Part shown: positions 1 to 7,800 of the stretch, in pieces
Numbering within the stretch: position 1 is the first letter of the stretch
Layout: every line of letters begins with the position of its first letter
Source of the DNA: Thermoproteota archaeon
GTDB lineage: Archaea; Thermoproteota; Nitrososphaeria_A; Caldarchaeales; Calditenuaceae
Assembly: GCA_030550155.1 (NCBI GenBank)
Contig: JAUQPZ010000018.1
Location: forward strand, 1-31,782
Length of the DNA: 31,782 nucleotides
Direction of reading: 5' to 3'
Program-made: the position numbers and the translations under genes
The notes under the pieces: model-generated
Told to the model about the DNA's origin: nothing
What the model saw: only the letters and a program-made list of their open reading frames with translations
Databases searched by the model: none

Positions 1-244
1 CTTTTCCGCTAGCCTGTGCCCGAAGCATCCTCTCCACCGTCGACCTGACTCTCCTCATCCTCCAGTTCTCCTTCAGATACTTTAGGGCGGACACTTCGCT
101 CGACTCACCCTCGAGAAAAACCCGCCCACCCTGCTCCGAGACTCTAAACTCTATAGCTGGGAAAACCTTCTTCACAGCTCTGGCCACCCTCTCAACATCC
201 TCGGTGGGGAAAACCTCAGCCCTCACATGGATGCGGACATTCAT
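1..244 (-). CDS. UPF0201/COG1931-family predicted RNA-binding protein, N-terminal part (gene runs off the window edge)
   Basis: Hand translation of the minus strand from ATG (244-242) gives MNVRIHVRAEVFPTEDVERVARAVKKVFPAIEFRVSEQGGRVFLEGESSEVSALKYLKENWRMRRVRSTVERMLRAQASGK, open to position 1. The V-x-AEV-x-P(T/S)ED-x-x-(K/R)V N-terminus is what I recall for archaeal UPF0201 proteins. It is absent from the ORF track because it is truncated. Confidence 0.5.
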   Translation of the reverse strand, partial: MNVRIHVRAEVFPTEDVERVARAVKKVFPAIEFRVSEQGGRVFLEGESSEVSALKYLKENWRMRRVRSTVERMLRAQASGK

Positions 245-339
245 GGAATCCAGTCCTTTATCGCGAGGCCCGGATTAAATATTCTGAGGCCTTAGCGCTC
301 TTAGTTATTAATCACCATAACCCGTCTTTATCTGGGCGT

Positions 340-1005
340 TTGAAAGGCTCGGCATTCGTCGTGGTGTGGGAGGGGACGGACGGCTCTGGAAAGACAACGC
401 TTATGAAGAGGGTGGAGCATATCTTGAAGAGACGCGGATTCTCGGTCATCACCCATAAAACACCAGGCTCATCGCCAAGTGGAAAGCTCGCCGTCTCTTA
501 CGGCAACAGGCCGAACACATCACCACTTACCCGCATGCTCCTATTCCTCGCAAACACAGTAGACGAGTCCAGCAAGATGGCCAGAAAGATAGATCAGAAG
601 ACGCCACACTTCCTTTTCATAGACAGATACCACCTCTGCTCCCTCGTCTACGGGCTAGCCCTACTAAAGCATAGGCGAGGACTTCAGGACCTGCCAAGCA
701 TAAACGAGATGCTCAGACTTGTAGAGAACATGGGTAGACACGACTATCTACCTCCAGACCTCTATGTAATAATTGATGTAGGTGAGGAGGAGAGGCTTAA
801 GAGGCTGCGGGGGAAGCGGGGGAAGGAAAAAGTCCTCGAGACCGACACAGCCTTTCAGAACATTGTGAGAGAGATTTACGACCAGTTTGCGGCGGCGAAT
901 CCTCACATGGTATATAAGGCCTTGAACGAGGCGAACAGGCTTGAAGAACTCTCACAGACACTTGCAGAAAAACTAATCGAGCTGAGAAGCAAGGCGACGC
1001 ACTAA
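340..1005 (+). CDS. tmk: thymidylate (dTMP) kinase
   Basis: P-loop WEGTDGSGKTT (the EGxDGSGKTT type), a DRY motif (FIDRYHLCS) and a basic LID-like RLRGKRGKEK; about 220 aa. The start is TTG at 340, and a GTG a few codons downstream is also possible. Confidence 0.8.
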   Translation: MKGSAFVVVWEGTDGSGKTTLMKRVEHILKRRGFSVITHKTPGSSPSGKLAVSYGNRPNTSPLTRMLLFLANTVDESSKMARKIDQKTPHFLFIDRYHLCSLVYGLALLKHRRGLQDLPSINEMLRLVENMGRHDYLPPDLYVIIDVGEEERLKRLRGKRGKEKVLETDTAFQNIVREIYDQFAAANPHMVYKALNEANRLEELSQTLAEKLIELRSKATH

Positions 1006-1087
1006 CGTATGAGAAGGCCGGCCGCACATCTCAGCCAAGTCTCCGTCTTAAATCTTATAACGAGGAACTGTATTCAGGGTCTCAGAC

Positions 1088-1663
1088 ATGTCGTCTGCCC
1101 TCATCAGGTGTTTCGTGGCAATTGACATCTTCTCTCCAGAGATTGTCAGAGCGGTTAGAGCGGTTCAGCAGGAGCTACTTGAGTCTGGGATAGTAGGTAA
1201 GCCAGTCGATCCGGAGAGCCTCCACATAACGCTTATCTTTCTCGGTGAGCTGGAGCCGCCGATCGTTGAGAGGGTTAAGGAGCGGCTGATGGGTCTTGAG
1301 GCTGGGCAGATGCGCTTAGTTCTGAGGGGGGTCGGATATTTTCCAGGCGGCTCCAGAATAAACATTGTCTGGGTAGGCGTGGAGGACACTGAGAACAGGC
1401 TAGCGGCTGTTCAGAGAGAAGTCACGTCTAGGGTCTCGGCGCTCGGGTTCAAGCCTGATAAAGACTTCACGCCCCACATAACAATAATCAGGGTTAAAGG
1501 TGTTAGGAACAAGTCGGGCGTGCTATCCAAGATTTCACAGCTTTCTAGCCACTTTATTGGAGAAGTCGTAGTCAATAGTGTGAAGCTTAAGAAGAGTACT
1601 TTGACGCCTCAGGGGCCGATATATGAGGACCTCTACGTCTATGGCCCTAATCCCTCTGCCTGA
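1088..1663 (+). CDS. thpR: RNA 2',3'-cyclic phosphodiesterase / 2'-5' RNA ligase (2H phosphoesterase, LigT/ThpR)
   Basis: Two H-x-T-x motifs at the spacing typical of the 2H fold (LHITLIFLG and PHITIIRVK), an N-terminal RCFVAIDI strand, 191 aa. Confidence 0.8.
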   Translation: MSSALIRCFVAIDIFSPEIVRAVRAVQQELLESGIVGKPVDPESLHITLIFLGELEPPIVERVKERLMGLEAGQMRLVLRGVGYFPGGSRINIVWVGVEDTENRLAAVQREVTSRVSALGFKPDKDFTPHITIIRVKGVRNKSGVLSKISQLSSHFIGEVVVNSVKLKKSTLTPQGPIYEDLYVYGPNPSA

Positions 1664-2018
1664 AGGCCTGCCTAATCTCCTCACTCTTTCTCAAGACGCT
1701 CAGCAACGAGTCGATAGTCCTCGCCGTCTCGTCTATCTCCCCTAGGTCCACGGCCCCTGCCAGCCTCCCAGTAAGCTCGTCAAGCTTCTCCACAACCACC
1801 CCCTCAAGGCTCGTCAAAACAATCGGGATTAACGCCCTACCAGACTCTGTCTTGTCCTTCACAACCACCACTGGCTTATCGCAGGCGACGCACCTCAGCT
1901 CTCCCTTAATCTCAAAGAGAGGGTTACCGCACACGGGGCAAGCCTCTGCAAGCATCTTGCCGCCAGCCTTCAGCGCCTCGCTCATCCTCCTGACAGTGTC
2001 GTCCTTACCCAGACTCAT
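1647..2018 (-). CDS. Zn-ribbon protein of the Sjogren/scleroderma autoantigen p27 (UPF0148) family
   Basis: MSEALKAGGKMLAEACPVCGNPLFEIKGELRCVACD has the family's CxxC...CxxC ribbon. ATG at 2018 lies about 30 nt downstream of a minus-strand TTTATAT box (2045-2051), so the ORF-track GTG at 2036 is probably too far upstream. The 3' end overlaps thpR convergently by 17 nt. Confidence 0.65.
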   Translation of the reverse strand: MSLGKDDTVRRMSEALKAGGKMLAEACPVCGNPLFEIKGELRCVACDKPVVVVKDKTESGRALIPIVLTSLEGVVVEKLDELTGRLAGAVDLGEIDETARTIDSLLSVLRKSEEIRQAFRQRD

Positions 2019-2087
2019 CACCAAACACAGAACCACCCCCGCAGATATAAAGAATACATGTCGGAGCCTTTAAAGTGAAGCGCACAT

Positions 2088-2768
2088 TCAAGTCTTAGCC
2101 TCGGATGACTCGCGAATCAGCTCGACAACCTTCCCCAACGCCTCCACTATGTCCCCAGCATGAAGATCTGCCCAGATACTCACTCTCCCGCCAATCTTCA
2201 CAGTGAGCATTCCCATGAACTTGGCTGTCCTAAGCTCAGCCAGCGCGCGGTCCCCAATATACACGCACTCCTCAGGCCTGCACCCCGCTGACAGGAGCAG
2301 ATATTCATAGCCGCGCGGGGAGGGCTTCGGCTCAGCCTCATCACTCGTGACGACAATATCGAAGACATTCACGCTTAAGCCGAGGGCTTTCAGCACCTTG
2401 AGAGCTAACGGTCTGCCGGCGTTCGTGTGTAGCGCAACCTTCACTCCCAGTGCCTTAATCCTCCTTAAGAGGTCTTCAAGCTCGGGCCTAGGCTGTATGT
2501 GGTTTGAGGGCTCAACCATTCCTGCGAGTTTCTCGTAAAACACTTCCCTCTTAACGCCTAGCAGTGTGAGGCTGGCGCTCGTCGTCATCACGCGAGACTT
2601 CGCCTCCACCAAGCGCCTCACGGCCTCATCAACATCGACGCCTAGCATCTCGGCCAAAAGCCGCGCTATTGCCCTCTCCAGCTCTTCCACATAGCTTCGT
2701 GAAGAATAGAGTGTGCCATCCAAGTCCATGGCCACCAGCTTAATCCTTCTCTGCCATCGGAGGCTCAT
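2088..2768 (-). CDS. HAD-superfamily hydrolase (phosphatase-like)
   Basis: HAD motif I VAMDLDGTLY (DxDGT), motif II ALHTNAG, and motif III/IV K...YIGDRALAE. ATG at 2768 is preferred over the ORF-track GTG at 2777. Confidence 0.75.
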   Translation of the reverse strand: MSLRWQRRIKLVAMDLDGTLYSSRSYVEELERAIARLLAEMLGVDVDEAVRRLVEAKSRVMTTSASLTLLGVKREVFYEKLAGMVEPSNHIQPRPELEDLLRRIKALGVKVALHTNAGRPLALKVLKALGLSVNVFDIVVTSDEAEPKPSPRGYEYLLLSAGCRPEECVYIGDRALAELRTAKFMGMLTVKIGGRVSIWADLHAGDIVEALGKVVELIRESSEAKT

Positions 2769-2800
2769 ACAACCCACTACGACACTAAATAACCATAAAC

Positions 2801-2810
2801 ATATAAAAAA
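2801..2810 (+). promoter_or_regulatory. TATA box (ATATAAAAAA) for rpoP, inside an A/T-rich divergent promoter shared with the HAD gene
   Basis: The A/T-only decamer is centred about 25 nt upstream of GTG 2830. This spacing fits a leaderless crenarchaeal transcript. Confidence 0.4.
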
Positions 2811-2829
2811 CCATCACGACCTAGTTACC

Positions 2830-3021
2830 GTGGCAGCAAGCCAGAGGACTCTCTACGAATGTGTAAAATGCGGCAGAAAATTTGAGAAAGATAAAGTCTT
2901 TAAGGGGACCGGGATTAGGTGCCCGTTCTGCGGATTCCCAGTTTTGAGGAAGGCTAAGCCCAACACCGCCAAGCTAATCAAGTCTTCCTCAATATCAGAG
3001 GAGCAGAAGCTTTTCTTCTAA
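2830..3021 (+). CDS. rpoP: DNA-directed RNA polymerase subunit P (Rpo12/RpoP)
   Basis: YECVKCGRKFEKDKVFKGTGIRCPFCGFPVLRKAKP matches the RpoP Zn-ribbon (C-x2-C ... G(V/I)RCP(Y/F)CG). The first 39 codons of the 102-aa track ORF (2713-2829) overlap the HAD gene start and the promoter. An in-frame GTG at 2830 gives a 63-aa product. Confidence 0.75.
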   Translation: MAASQRTLYECVKCGRKFEKDKVFKGTGIRCPFCGFPVLRKAKPNTAKLIKSSSISEEQKLFF

Positions 3022-3029
3022 CTCACACG

Positions 3030-3512
3030 CTACATCTTGGAGTAGATCTTGTCCCACTCCTCCTCATCCTCAACCTCATCTTCAAGCAGATCCTCGAAGA
3101 TCTCGTGCGTCACATAGTCGGTTTCTCTATACTTCTTGACCATCTCGTTGTAGAACTTGATGGCGCAGGCCTCACTCTTCAACACGTCCTCAACAACGCG
3201 TTTAAGGTCTGTTGGGTCCGTTGGCGGCGCGATGTATCCGCACCCAGAGGTCTGGAGGAGCTTCGAGAAGTCTAGAACAGGCTCTCCACCCAGCTGGATA
3301 ATTCTCTGTGCAAGCTTCTCAGCGTGCTTCAACTCGTCCTCCGACTGCTTGAGGAGAATCGCCCTCAGCGTATCTGCGTCGATTCCTCTAATCCACTGGG
3401 CCGTAACCCAGTACTGATAATGCGCGAGCCACTCGTCGGCATACGCCTTCATCAGGTCTGATATGACCTCATTAATGTCTGCCTTTACTATGGACTTTCC
3501 TGTCCGACCCAT
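3030..3512 (-). CDS. DPS-like ferritin-superfamily protein (DPSL, bacterioferritin-like di-iron site)
   Basis: Ferritin-like helices with an ExxH motif (DELKH). The cysteine pair in TSGCGYIAPPTDPTDLKRVVEDVLKSEACAIKFY is collinear with the conserved pair I recall in Sulfolobus DPSL (ISACSDAYLP...LLEAEQCAI). ATG at 3512 lies about 24 nt downstream of a minus-strand AATAAATT box (3533-3540). Confidence 0.8.
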   Translation of the reverse strand: MGRTGKSIVKADINEVISDLMKAYADEWLAHYQYWVTAQWIRGIDADTLRAILLKQSEDELKHAEKLAQRIIQLGGEPVLDFSKLLQTSGCGYIAPPTDPTDLKRVVEDVLKSEACAIKFYNEMVKKYRETDYVTHEIFEDLLEDEVEDEEEWDKIYSKM

Positions 3513-3697
3513 ACCCCAAACACCTCCCAAACAATTTATTCCCCCTTAAAAAATACTTCGCCGCCACATTCGAGGGCAGAGGGAGGCGAGCCTCAGCCAG
3601 CCAAAAACATCAACGCGTATCTGAGACCACGGCTTCTCCCACATTACCCCATCCCCTTTGGTGCCACGGCCTCGAAGACGAATCCACGGAGATACCG

Positions 3698-3704
3698 TAA
3701 TATT
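3698..3704 (+). promoter_or_regulatory. TATA-like element (TAATATT) upstream of tRNA-Leu
   Basis: An A/T heptamer centred about 32 nt upstream of tRNA position 1 (3733). Confidence 0.3.
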
Positions 3705-3732
3705 CACCCATGCAGGACTAGCGGCCGAAGAG

Positions 3733-3846
3733 GCGGGGGTCGCCAAGCCTGGTCAAAGGCGCAGGGCTGAGGCCCCTGTCCCGCAGGGGGTTTTGCCGAC
3801 CCCTCTGGACACTAGGGGTTCGTGGGTTCAAATCCCACCCCCCGCA
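3733..3846 (+). tRNA. tRNA-Leu (anticodon GAG) with an insertion of about 29 nt (putative non-canonical intron, approx 3790-3818) in the variable-arm region
   Basis: The cloverleaf is readable by eye. Acceptor stem GCGGGGG/CCCCCGC plus discriminator A. D arm GCC-AAGCCTGGTCAAA-GGC. Anticodon stem CAGGG/CCCTG with loop CTGAGGC (GAG at 3769-3771). T arm GTGGG-TTCAAAT-CCCAC. No encoded CCA. 43 nt separate the anticodon stem from the T stem, where about 14 nt are expected. Confidence 0.85.
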
Positions 3847-3903
3847 AATAGATAGTGGTCTCCTCTCGAAGAGGCCTGATTTTGGTGCGAGGCCGCTTGT
3901 CTT

Positions 3904-4923
3904 TTAAGGCGTTAGGACAGCCCTGCCGATTAGCTCGCCGGTCTTTAACTTGTCTAAGACCTCATTCACTTGGTCGAGGCCATACCTGTTAGTGATTACC
4001 TTTAATTTCCCTAGGCGTGTAAGCTCCACTAAGTCTTGAAGCTCTATGTAATTCCCGACTAGGCTCCCCTCTATTGTCAGCTCATTAGCTATCATGTCTG
4101 CTGACCTCAAATTTATGACGCCTCCGTATCCGACCACGATGAATTTTCCCCCCTTCCGCAGTATCCTGAGGCAGGTTTCGTGTGTTGTTTGAGTCCCGAC
4201 GAAGTCTAGAGCGACGTTAACTCCTCTTCCCCCAGTAATCGCCATAACCTCTTTCACGGGGTCGTCTCTGGCGTTGACCACGTATTCTGAGCCGAGCTGT
4301 TCGGCGAGTCTGAGCTTGCTCTCCACTATGTCTACAGCTATGATGTTAGTTGTTGTCATCTGTTTTAGTAGCTGAATTGCGATGTGGCCGAGGCCTCCGA
4401 CGCCTATCACAGCGGTAAAGGAGCCTGGATAGAGACCTGGGGCGGCTTTTTTCACCGCCCTGATGGCTGTGAGGCCGGCGTCTGCGAGCGGAGCTACCTC
4501 TACCAGATCCAGGCCGTCCGCCCTGATTAGCGACCTGACAGAGGTGAGCATAAACTCCGCGAAGCCTCCATCCCTCCCCATGCCTACGAATTCAAGGTTC
4601 TCGCAATACATGTCTTCGCCGGCGCGGCAAGCCCTACAGACCCCACAAGTCATCACAGGATGCACCACGACGGGGTCGTTTCTCTTAAAGCCCTCAACAC
4701 CCTCACCCACCTCCTCGACTACTCCCGTGTTCTCATGCCCTAGTGTAAGTGGAAGCGACACCCTCCAAACGCCCTCAACCACATGCAGATCCGTATGACA
4801 GGCACCTGCACCTCTTATTCTAACTATGACGTGGTCAGGCCGCTTAATCTGCGGATAATCGGCGTCAACTATCCTCAGGGGCTTGTGATACTCGAATAGC
4901 CTTGCCGCCCTCATCTGGCTCAC
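3904..4923 (-). CDS. adh: zinc-dependent NAD(P) alcohol dehydrogenase (MDR family, Sulfolobus-ADH-like)
   Basis: Catalytic-Zn motifs GAGACHTDLH and GHENTGVVEEVGEGV, a structural-Zn cysteine cluster CGVCRACRAGEDMYC, and Rossmann GVGGLGH. The start is GTG at 4923, about 25 nt from a minus-strand TTTAAAATTC box (4944-4953). ATG at 4914 is an alternative. Confidence 0.85.
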   Translation of the reverse strand: MSQMRAARLFEYHKPLRIVDADYPQIKRPDHVIVRIRGAGACHTDLHVVEGVWRVSLPLTLGHENTGVVEEVGEGVEGFKRNDPVVVHPVMTCGVCRACRAGEDMYCENLEFVGMGRDGGFAEFMLTSVRSLIRADGLDLVEVAPLADAGLTAIRAVKKAAPGLYPGSFTAVIGVGGLGHIAIQLLKQMTTTNIIAVDIVESKLRLAEQLGSEYVVNARDDPVKEVMAITGGRGVNVALDFVGTQTTHETCLRILRKGGKFIVVGYGGVINLRSADMIANELTIEGSLVGNYIELQDLVELTRLGKLKVITNRYGLDQVNEVLDKLKTGELIGRAVLTP

Positions 4924-5176
4924 AATACATAGGGGCCGATAAGAATTTTAAATGTTGATGCTTTCGCCGGGGCTGCAGCAGCCCTTACCACTTAGTTCTT
5001 TCTCCCCCAGTAGTCCCTTCCCGACGCCCACGGTTTACGTGTTTGGAGAGCTCCTGCTTTGTGGTGAAGGCGGTGTCGCGGTGGCGGCATTTAACGAGTT
5101 TCTCCTCGCCGCCTCCCGCATATCTCTTCTTGAATGTTGAGGCCTAATTCTTCCAACCTGCTGTCTTCTCGTCTCT

Positions 5177-6154
5177 CTAAGTTTTTTGGCTTAGGGCTGA
5201 GGCGACAGCGCCATAGATGCCTATGTCTCCTCCGAGCGGCGTCGGGAGCAGAGTTGGTGCTCTAACTCTCAGGAAGTTATTCATCCGCGGAGCTATCTTG
5301 TCTATCGTCAAGTCTAAATTGTTCAACACTATTGACCCGCCCAATGTAACTACTTCAGGGTTCACGGCGTTGATGACGTTAGCTACGCCTGCCGCGTTTA
5401 TTGTGGCCAGTTCCTCTACGATCTTCATGGCTGTGGGATCGGTTCTCGCGCTTTGATAAAGCTTATCGGCTGAGAGGCTCGCAAGGTTTTGAGTCGCCTT
5501 CACGAGGGGGCTGTCTTGCTCAAACCTCAACCCCTCCTCCTCAACCAGATGCTTTACGTATCGGGGAATCGCGGCTCCGGAGGCATAGGCCTGCCAATGT
5601 CCGTAGCTGCCACAGCCGCACCTCATCTTTCCCCTGTAATCAACTGTTATACATCCAATTTCTCCCGCATTTCCATCCACACCAATAACGAGCCTCCCAC
5701 CATCTACTATTCCGCCTCCAATACCTGTGCTGATAGTGATGAATACCAAATATTCGGTCCCAATAGTCTTGCCGGCGCCAAACATGTATTCCGCCATAGC
5801 GGAGGCTTTTGCATCATGCATAAAGTAGACAGGCTTTTTGAGTTTTTCTTCTAGAGGCTCCTTTACAGGCACAAAGTCATATGGAATATTGACTGAGCGA
5901 ACTATTCCGCCCCTCTTCAAGTCTAAGGGGCCGGGGGCCACCACTCCTACACCTTCAATCTCCTGAATCGCGAACTTCGCCTCGCCTAGAACGTGGCGCG
6001 CAGCCTCAACTATCTGGGAGGATATGGCTTCAGGGCCTTGGGAGACATTGGTCCTCTGCACGGCCCTGGCAACGAATCTAGACTTTTCGATGTCGAATAC
6101 TCCCAGCCTAAGATTGGTAGCTCCGAGGTCCACGGCTAGGATGAGGCGTCTCAC
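5177..6154 (-). CDS. ROK-family sugar kinase (glucokinase/hexokinase-like)
   Basis: N-terminal ATPase motif LAVDLGATNLRLGV and a ROK Cys/His zinc signature CGCGSYGHWQAYASG; 325 aa; GTG start. Confidence 0.8.
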   Translation of the reverse strand: MRRLILAVDLGATNLRLGVFDIEKSRFVARAVQRTNVSQGPEAISSQIVEAARHVLGEAKFAIQEIEGVGVVAPGPLDLKRGGIVRSVNIPYDFVPVKEPLEEKLKKPVYFMHDAKASAMAEYMFGAGKTIGTEYLVFITISTGIGGGIVDGGRLVIGVDGNAGEIGCITVDYRGKMRCGCGSYGHWQAYASGAAIPRYVKHLVEEEGLRFEQDSPLVKATQNLASLSADKLYQSARTDPTAMKIVEELATINAAGVANVINAVNPEVVTLGGSIVLNNLDLTIDKIAPRMNNFLRVRAPTLLPTPLGGDIGIYGAVASALSQKT

Positions 6155-6265
6155 ACGCAGTCAGCCCTCCCCACCGTTATATAATATTTGGTAGCCCGCG
6201 TCACGTCTCGAGCAACTCCTAATGACGGTGCATAGATGAGGATTTAATATCAAGGTTTAACAGCG

Positions 6266-6655
6266 TTGTTCTGTTTGCCGGTTGCGAGGAGCGTCGATGA
6301 ATATCTAGCTGACGCGCCCATCGAGGCGCGGCCCATACTTAGGAGGCTGAGGCGCGTCATAAAATCCACGGTTCCAGGCGTGGAGGAGAGGATAAGCTGG
6401 GGTGTTCCATTCTACTGGTATCAGGGAGCTCTTGCAGGTTTCGCAGTATTCAGGGGCCACGTTACCTTTGGCCTCGGAGGGCCCGACCTCCCTGAGAGAA
6501 TGCGTAAAGAGCTGGGGGGCAAGGGCTATGTGACTGGGAAGAAGACTATACGGATTAGGTTTGACCAGAGGGTTCCTGAGAAGGAGATAAGGAGGCTCAT
6601 TAGGGCTCGGGCAAGGCTTAACGTGGCGAGGAGACGGAAGAACAGGAAGGGCTAG
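6266..6655 (+). CDS. DUF1801 (YdhG-like) domain protein
   Basis: VDEYLADAPIEARPILRRLRRVIKSTVPGVEERISWGVPFYWY resembles the DUF1801/YdhG family core. The C-terminal tail is basic. The start is uncertain (TTG at 6266). Confidence 0.6.
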   Translation: MFCLPVARSVDEYLADAPIEARPILRRLRRVIKSTVPGVEERISWGVPFYWYQGALAGFAVFRGHVTFGLGGPDLPERMRKELGGKGYVTGKKTIRIRFDQRVPEKEIRRLIRARARLNVARRRKNRKG

Positions 6656-6678
6656 TCGATGCGGAGACACGTGTTGCT

Positions 6679-7794
6679 TTACTTCACAGAGTCTAGGTTA
6701 ACCCAGCGGTTCTCTTTGCTGGACAGATGTATCGCCTCCAGTATTCTCTGGGCTTGGTATCCGTCGTAGAAGGAGGGCTCGAAGGGCGTATCGCTCACTA
6801 TGGACTCTAGGAAGCTGTGTATCAGTAGGACATGGCCTGCTTGCCATCCACCTAAGTGTCCTCTAGGCGGCCACCAGGGCATATCGACCAGTATCTCTTC
6901 CCACCCCACCTTAGAGTCGAATCCTCTCACTCTGAATAACCTGAGACGGCAGAGGTCTTCCAAGTCCCAGCTCAACGCACCCTCTGTGCCGTGTACCTCT
7001 ACGCGGAGGTAATTCTTGTATCCAGTCCCCACGCGCGTTGCCTCAACGATGCCGAGCGCGCCGCCGCTGAACTCGATGAGACACGCTGAGTAGTCGTCGG
7101 CCGTGACCTTCATGGTCTGGCCGCTCCTATCCCTCCTTTCCTGGAAGAATATCCTCTCTACTGCGGCCACTCTAATGGCTTCGCCTACCAAGTATCTCGC
7201 GAGGTCTATGGCGTGTATACCTAGGTCTGCGGACGCTCCGCCGCCCGAGGATGTGAAGTCCTCTTTCCAGCTCCATGGCCTGTCAGGGTTCACGTGGCCA
7301 GAGTGGGCGTAGAGAAGCCTGGCCTGTAGGGGCCTGCCTATTCCCCCGGAGTCTATTATCTCCTTCATGTATTTTACGGCTGGCAGGAATCTGTAGTTGA
7401 AGACCGTCGCGGTCTTCACACCTGTTTTCCTCCAGAGTTCATACAGCTCCCGGGCTTCACTCAGCCTCGTCGCGAGAGGCTTCTCACATATCACGTGCTT
7501 ATCCTTTTCCAGAGCATATCTGCACGGCTCGTAGTGCAGGAAGTTGGGCAGAGAATTGTCAACTATATCGACATCCTGCAGCTCTATGACGGGCTTGAAG
7601 CTCTCAGAGTACGCCCGCTCGAACCCATATCGCTCAGCGAATCTTGAGGCGTTTTCTGAGCTTCTGCTGTAGACAGCTATGAGCCGGGGGGCTGCCTTGA
7701 TGGAGGAGATGTAGAAGGCTATGTTCTTGTAGGCGTACGTATGTGTTCTTCCCATGAACCCGGTCCCTAGAAGTCCTACTCCGAGAAGCTTCAC
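6679..7794 (-). CDS. Gfo/Idh/MocA-family NAD(P)-dependent oxidoreductase
   Basis: Rossmann N-terminus GVGLLGTGFMGRTH and the EKP motif (ICEKPLA). GTG start preceded by an SD-like GGAGGTG (minus strand, 7803-7809). Confidence 0.85.
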   Translation of the reverse strand: MKLLGVGLLGTGFMGRTHTYAYKNIAFYISSIKAAPRLIAVYSRSSENASRFAERYGFERAYSESFKPVIELQDVDIVDNSLPNFLHYEPCRYALEKDKHVICEKPLATRLSEARELYELWRKTGVKTATVFNYRFLPAVKYMKEIIDSGGIGRPLQARLLYAHSGHVNPDRPWSWKEDFTSSGGGASADLGIHAIDLARYLVGEAIRVAAVERIFFQERRDRSGQTMKVTADDYSACLIEFSGGALGIVEATRVGTGYKNYLRVEVHGTEGALSWDLEDLCRLRLFRVRGFDSKVGWEEILVDMPWWPPRGHLGGWQAGHVLLIHSFLESIVSDTPFEPSFYDGYQAQRILEAIHLSSKENRWVNLDSVK

Positions 7795-7800
7795 GCGGCC

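Noticed and set aside
2713-2829. The N-terminal 39 codons of the 102-aa ORF containing RpoP, and similarly the N-terminal extensions of the ORFs at 23143, 16567 and 15354-16094.
   Set aside because: The extensions overlap neighbouring genes or promoters and lack family similarity. In-frame internal starts sit at the expected distance from TATA boxes.
3546-3855. Two track ORFs (3546-3746 minus, 3658-3855 plus) in the dpsl/adh intergenic region.
   Set aside because: They overlap the clearly foldable tRNA-Leu and its promoter, and their translations are Arg/Pro/Trp-rich with no motifs. I treat them as spurious.
4985-5143. A 52-codon open frame on the minus strand in the 253-nt adh/ROK spacer. 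It translates as ...KKRYAGGGEEKLVKCRHRDTAFTTKQELSKHVNRGRREGTTGGERTKW, faintly reminiscent of a decayed C2H2-type finger.
   Set aside because: There is no ATG, GTG or TTG anywhere in the frame after the upstream TAG, only one Cys of a would-be CxxC remains, and the length is below what is significant at this GC content. At most it is a gene remnant. A comparison with related genomes would be needed.
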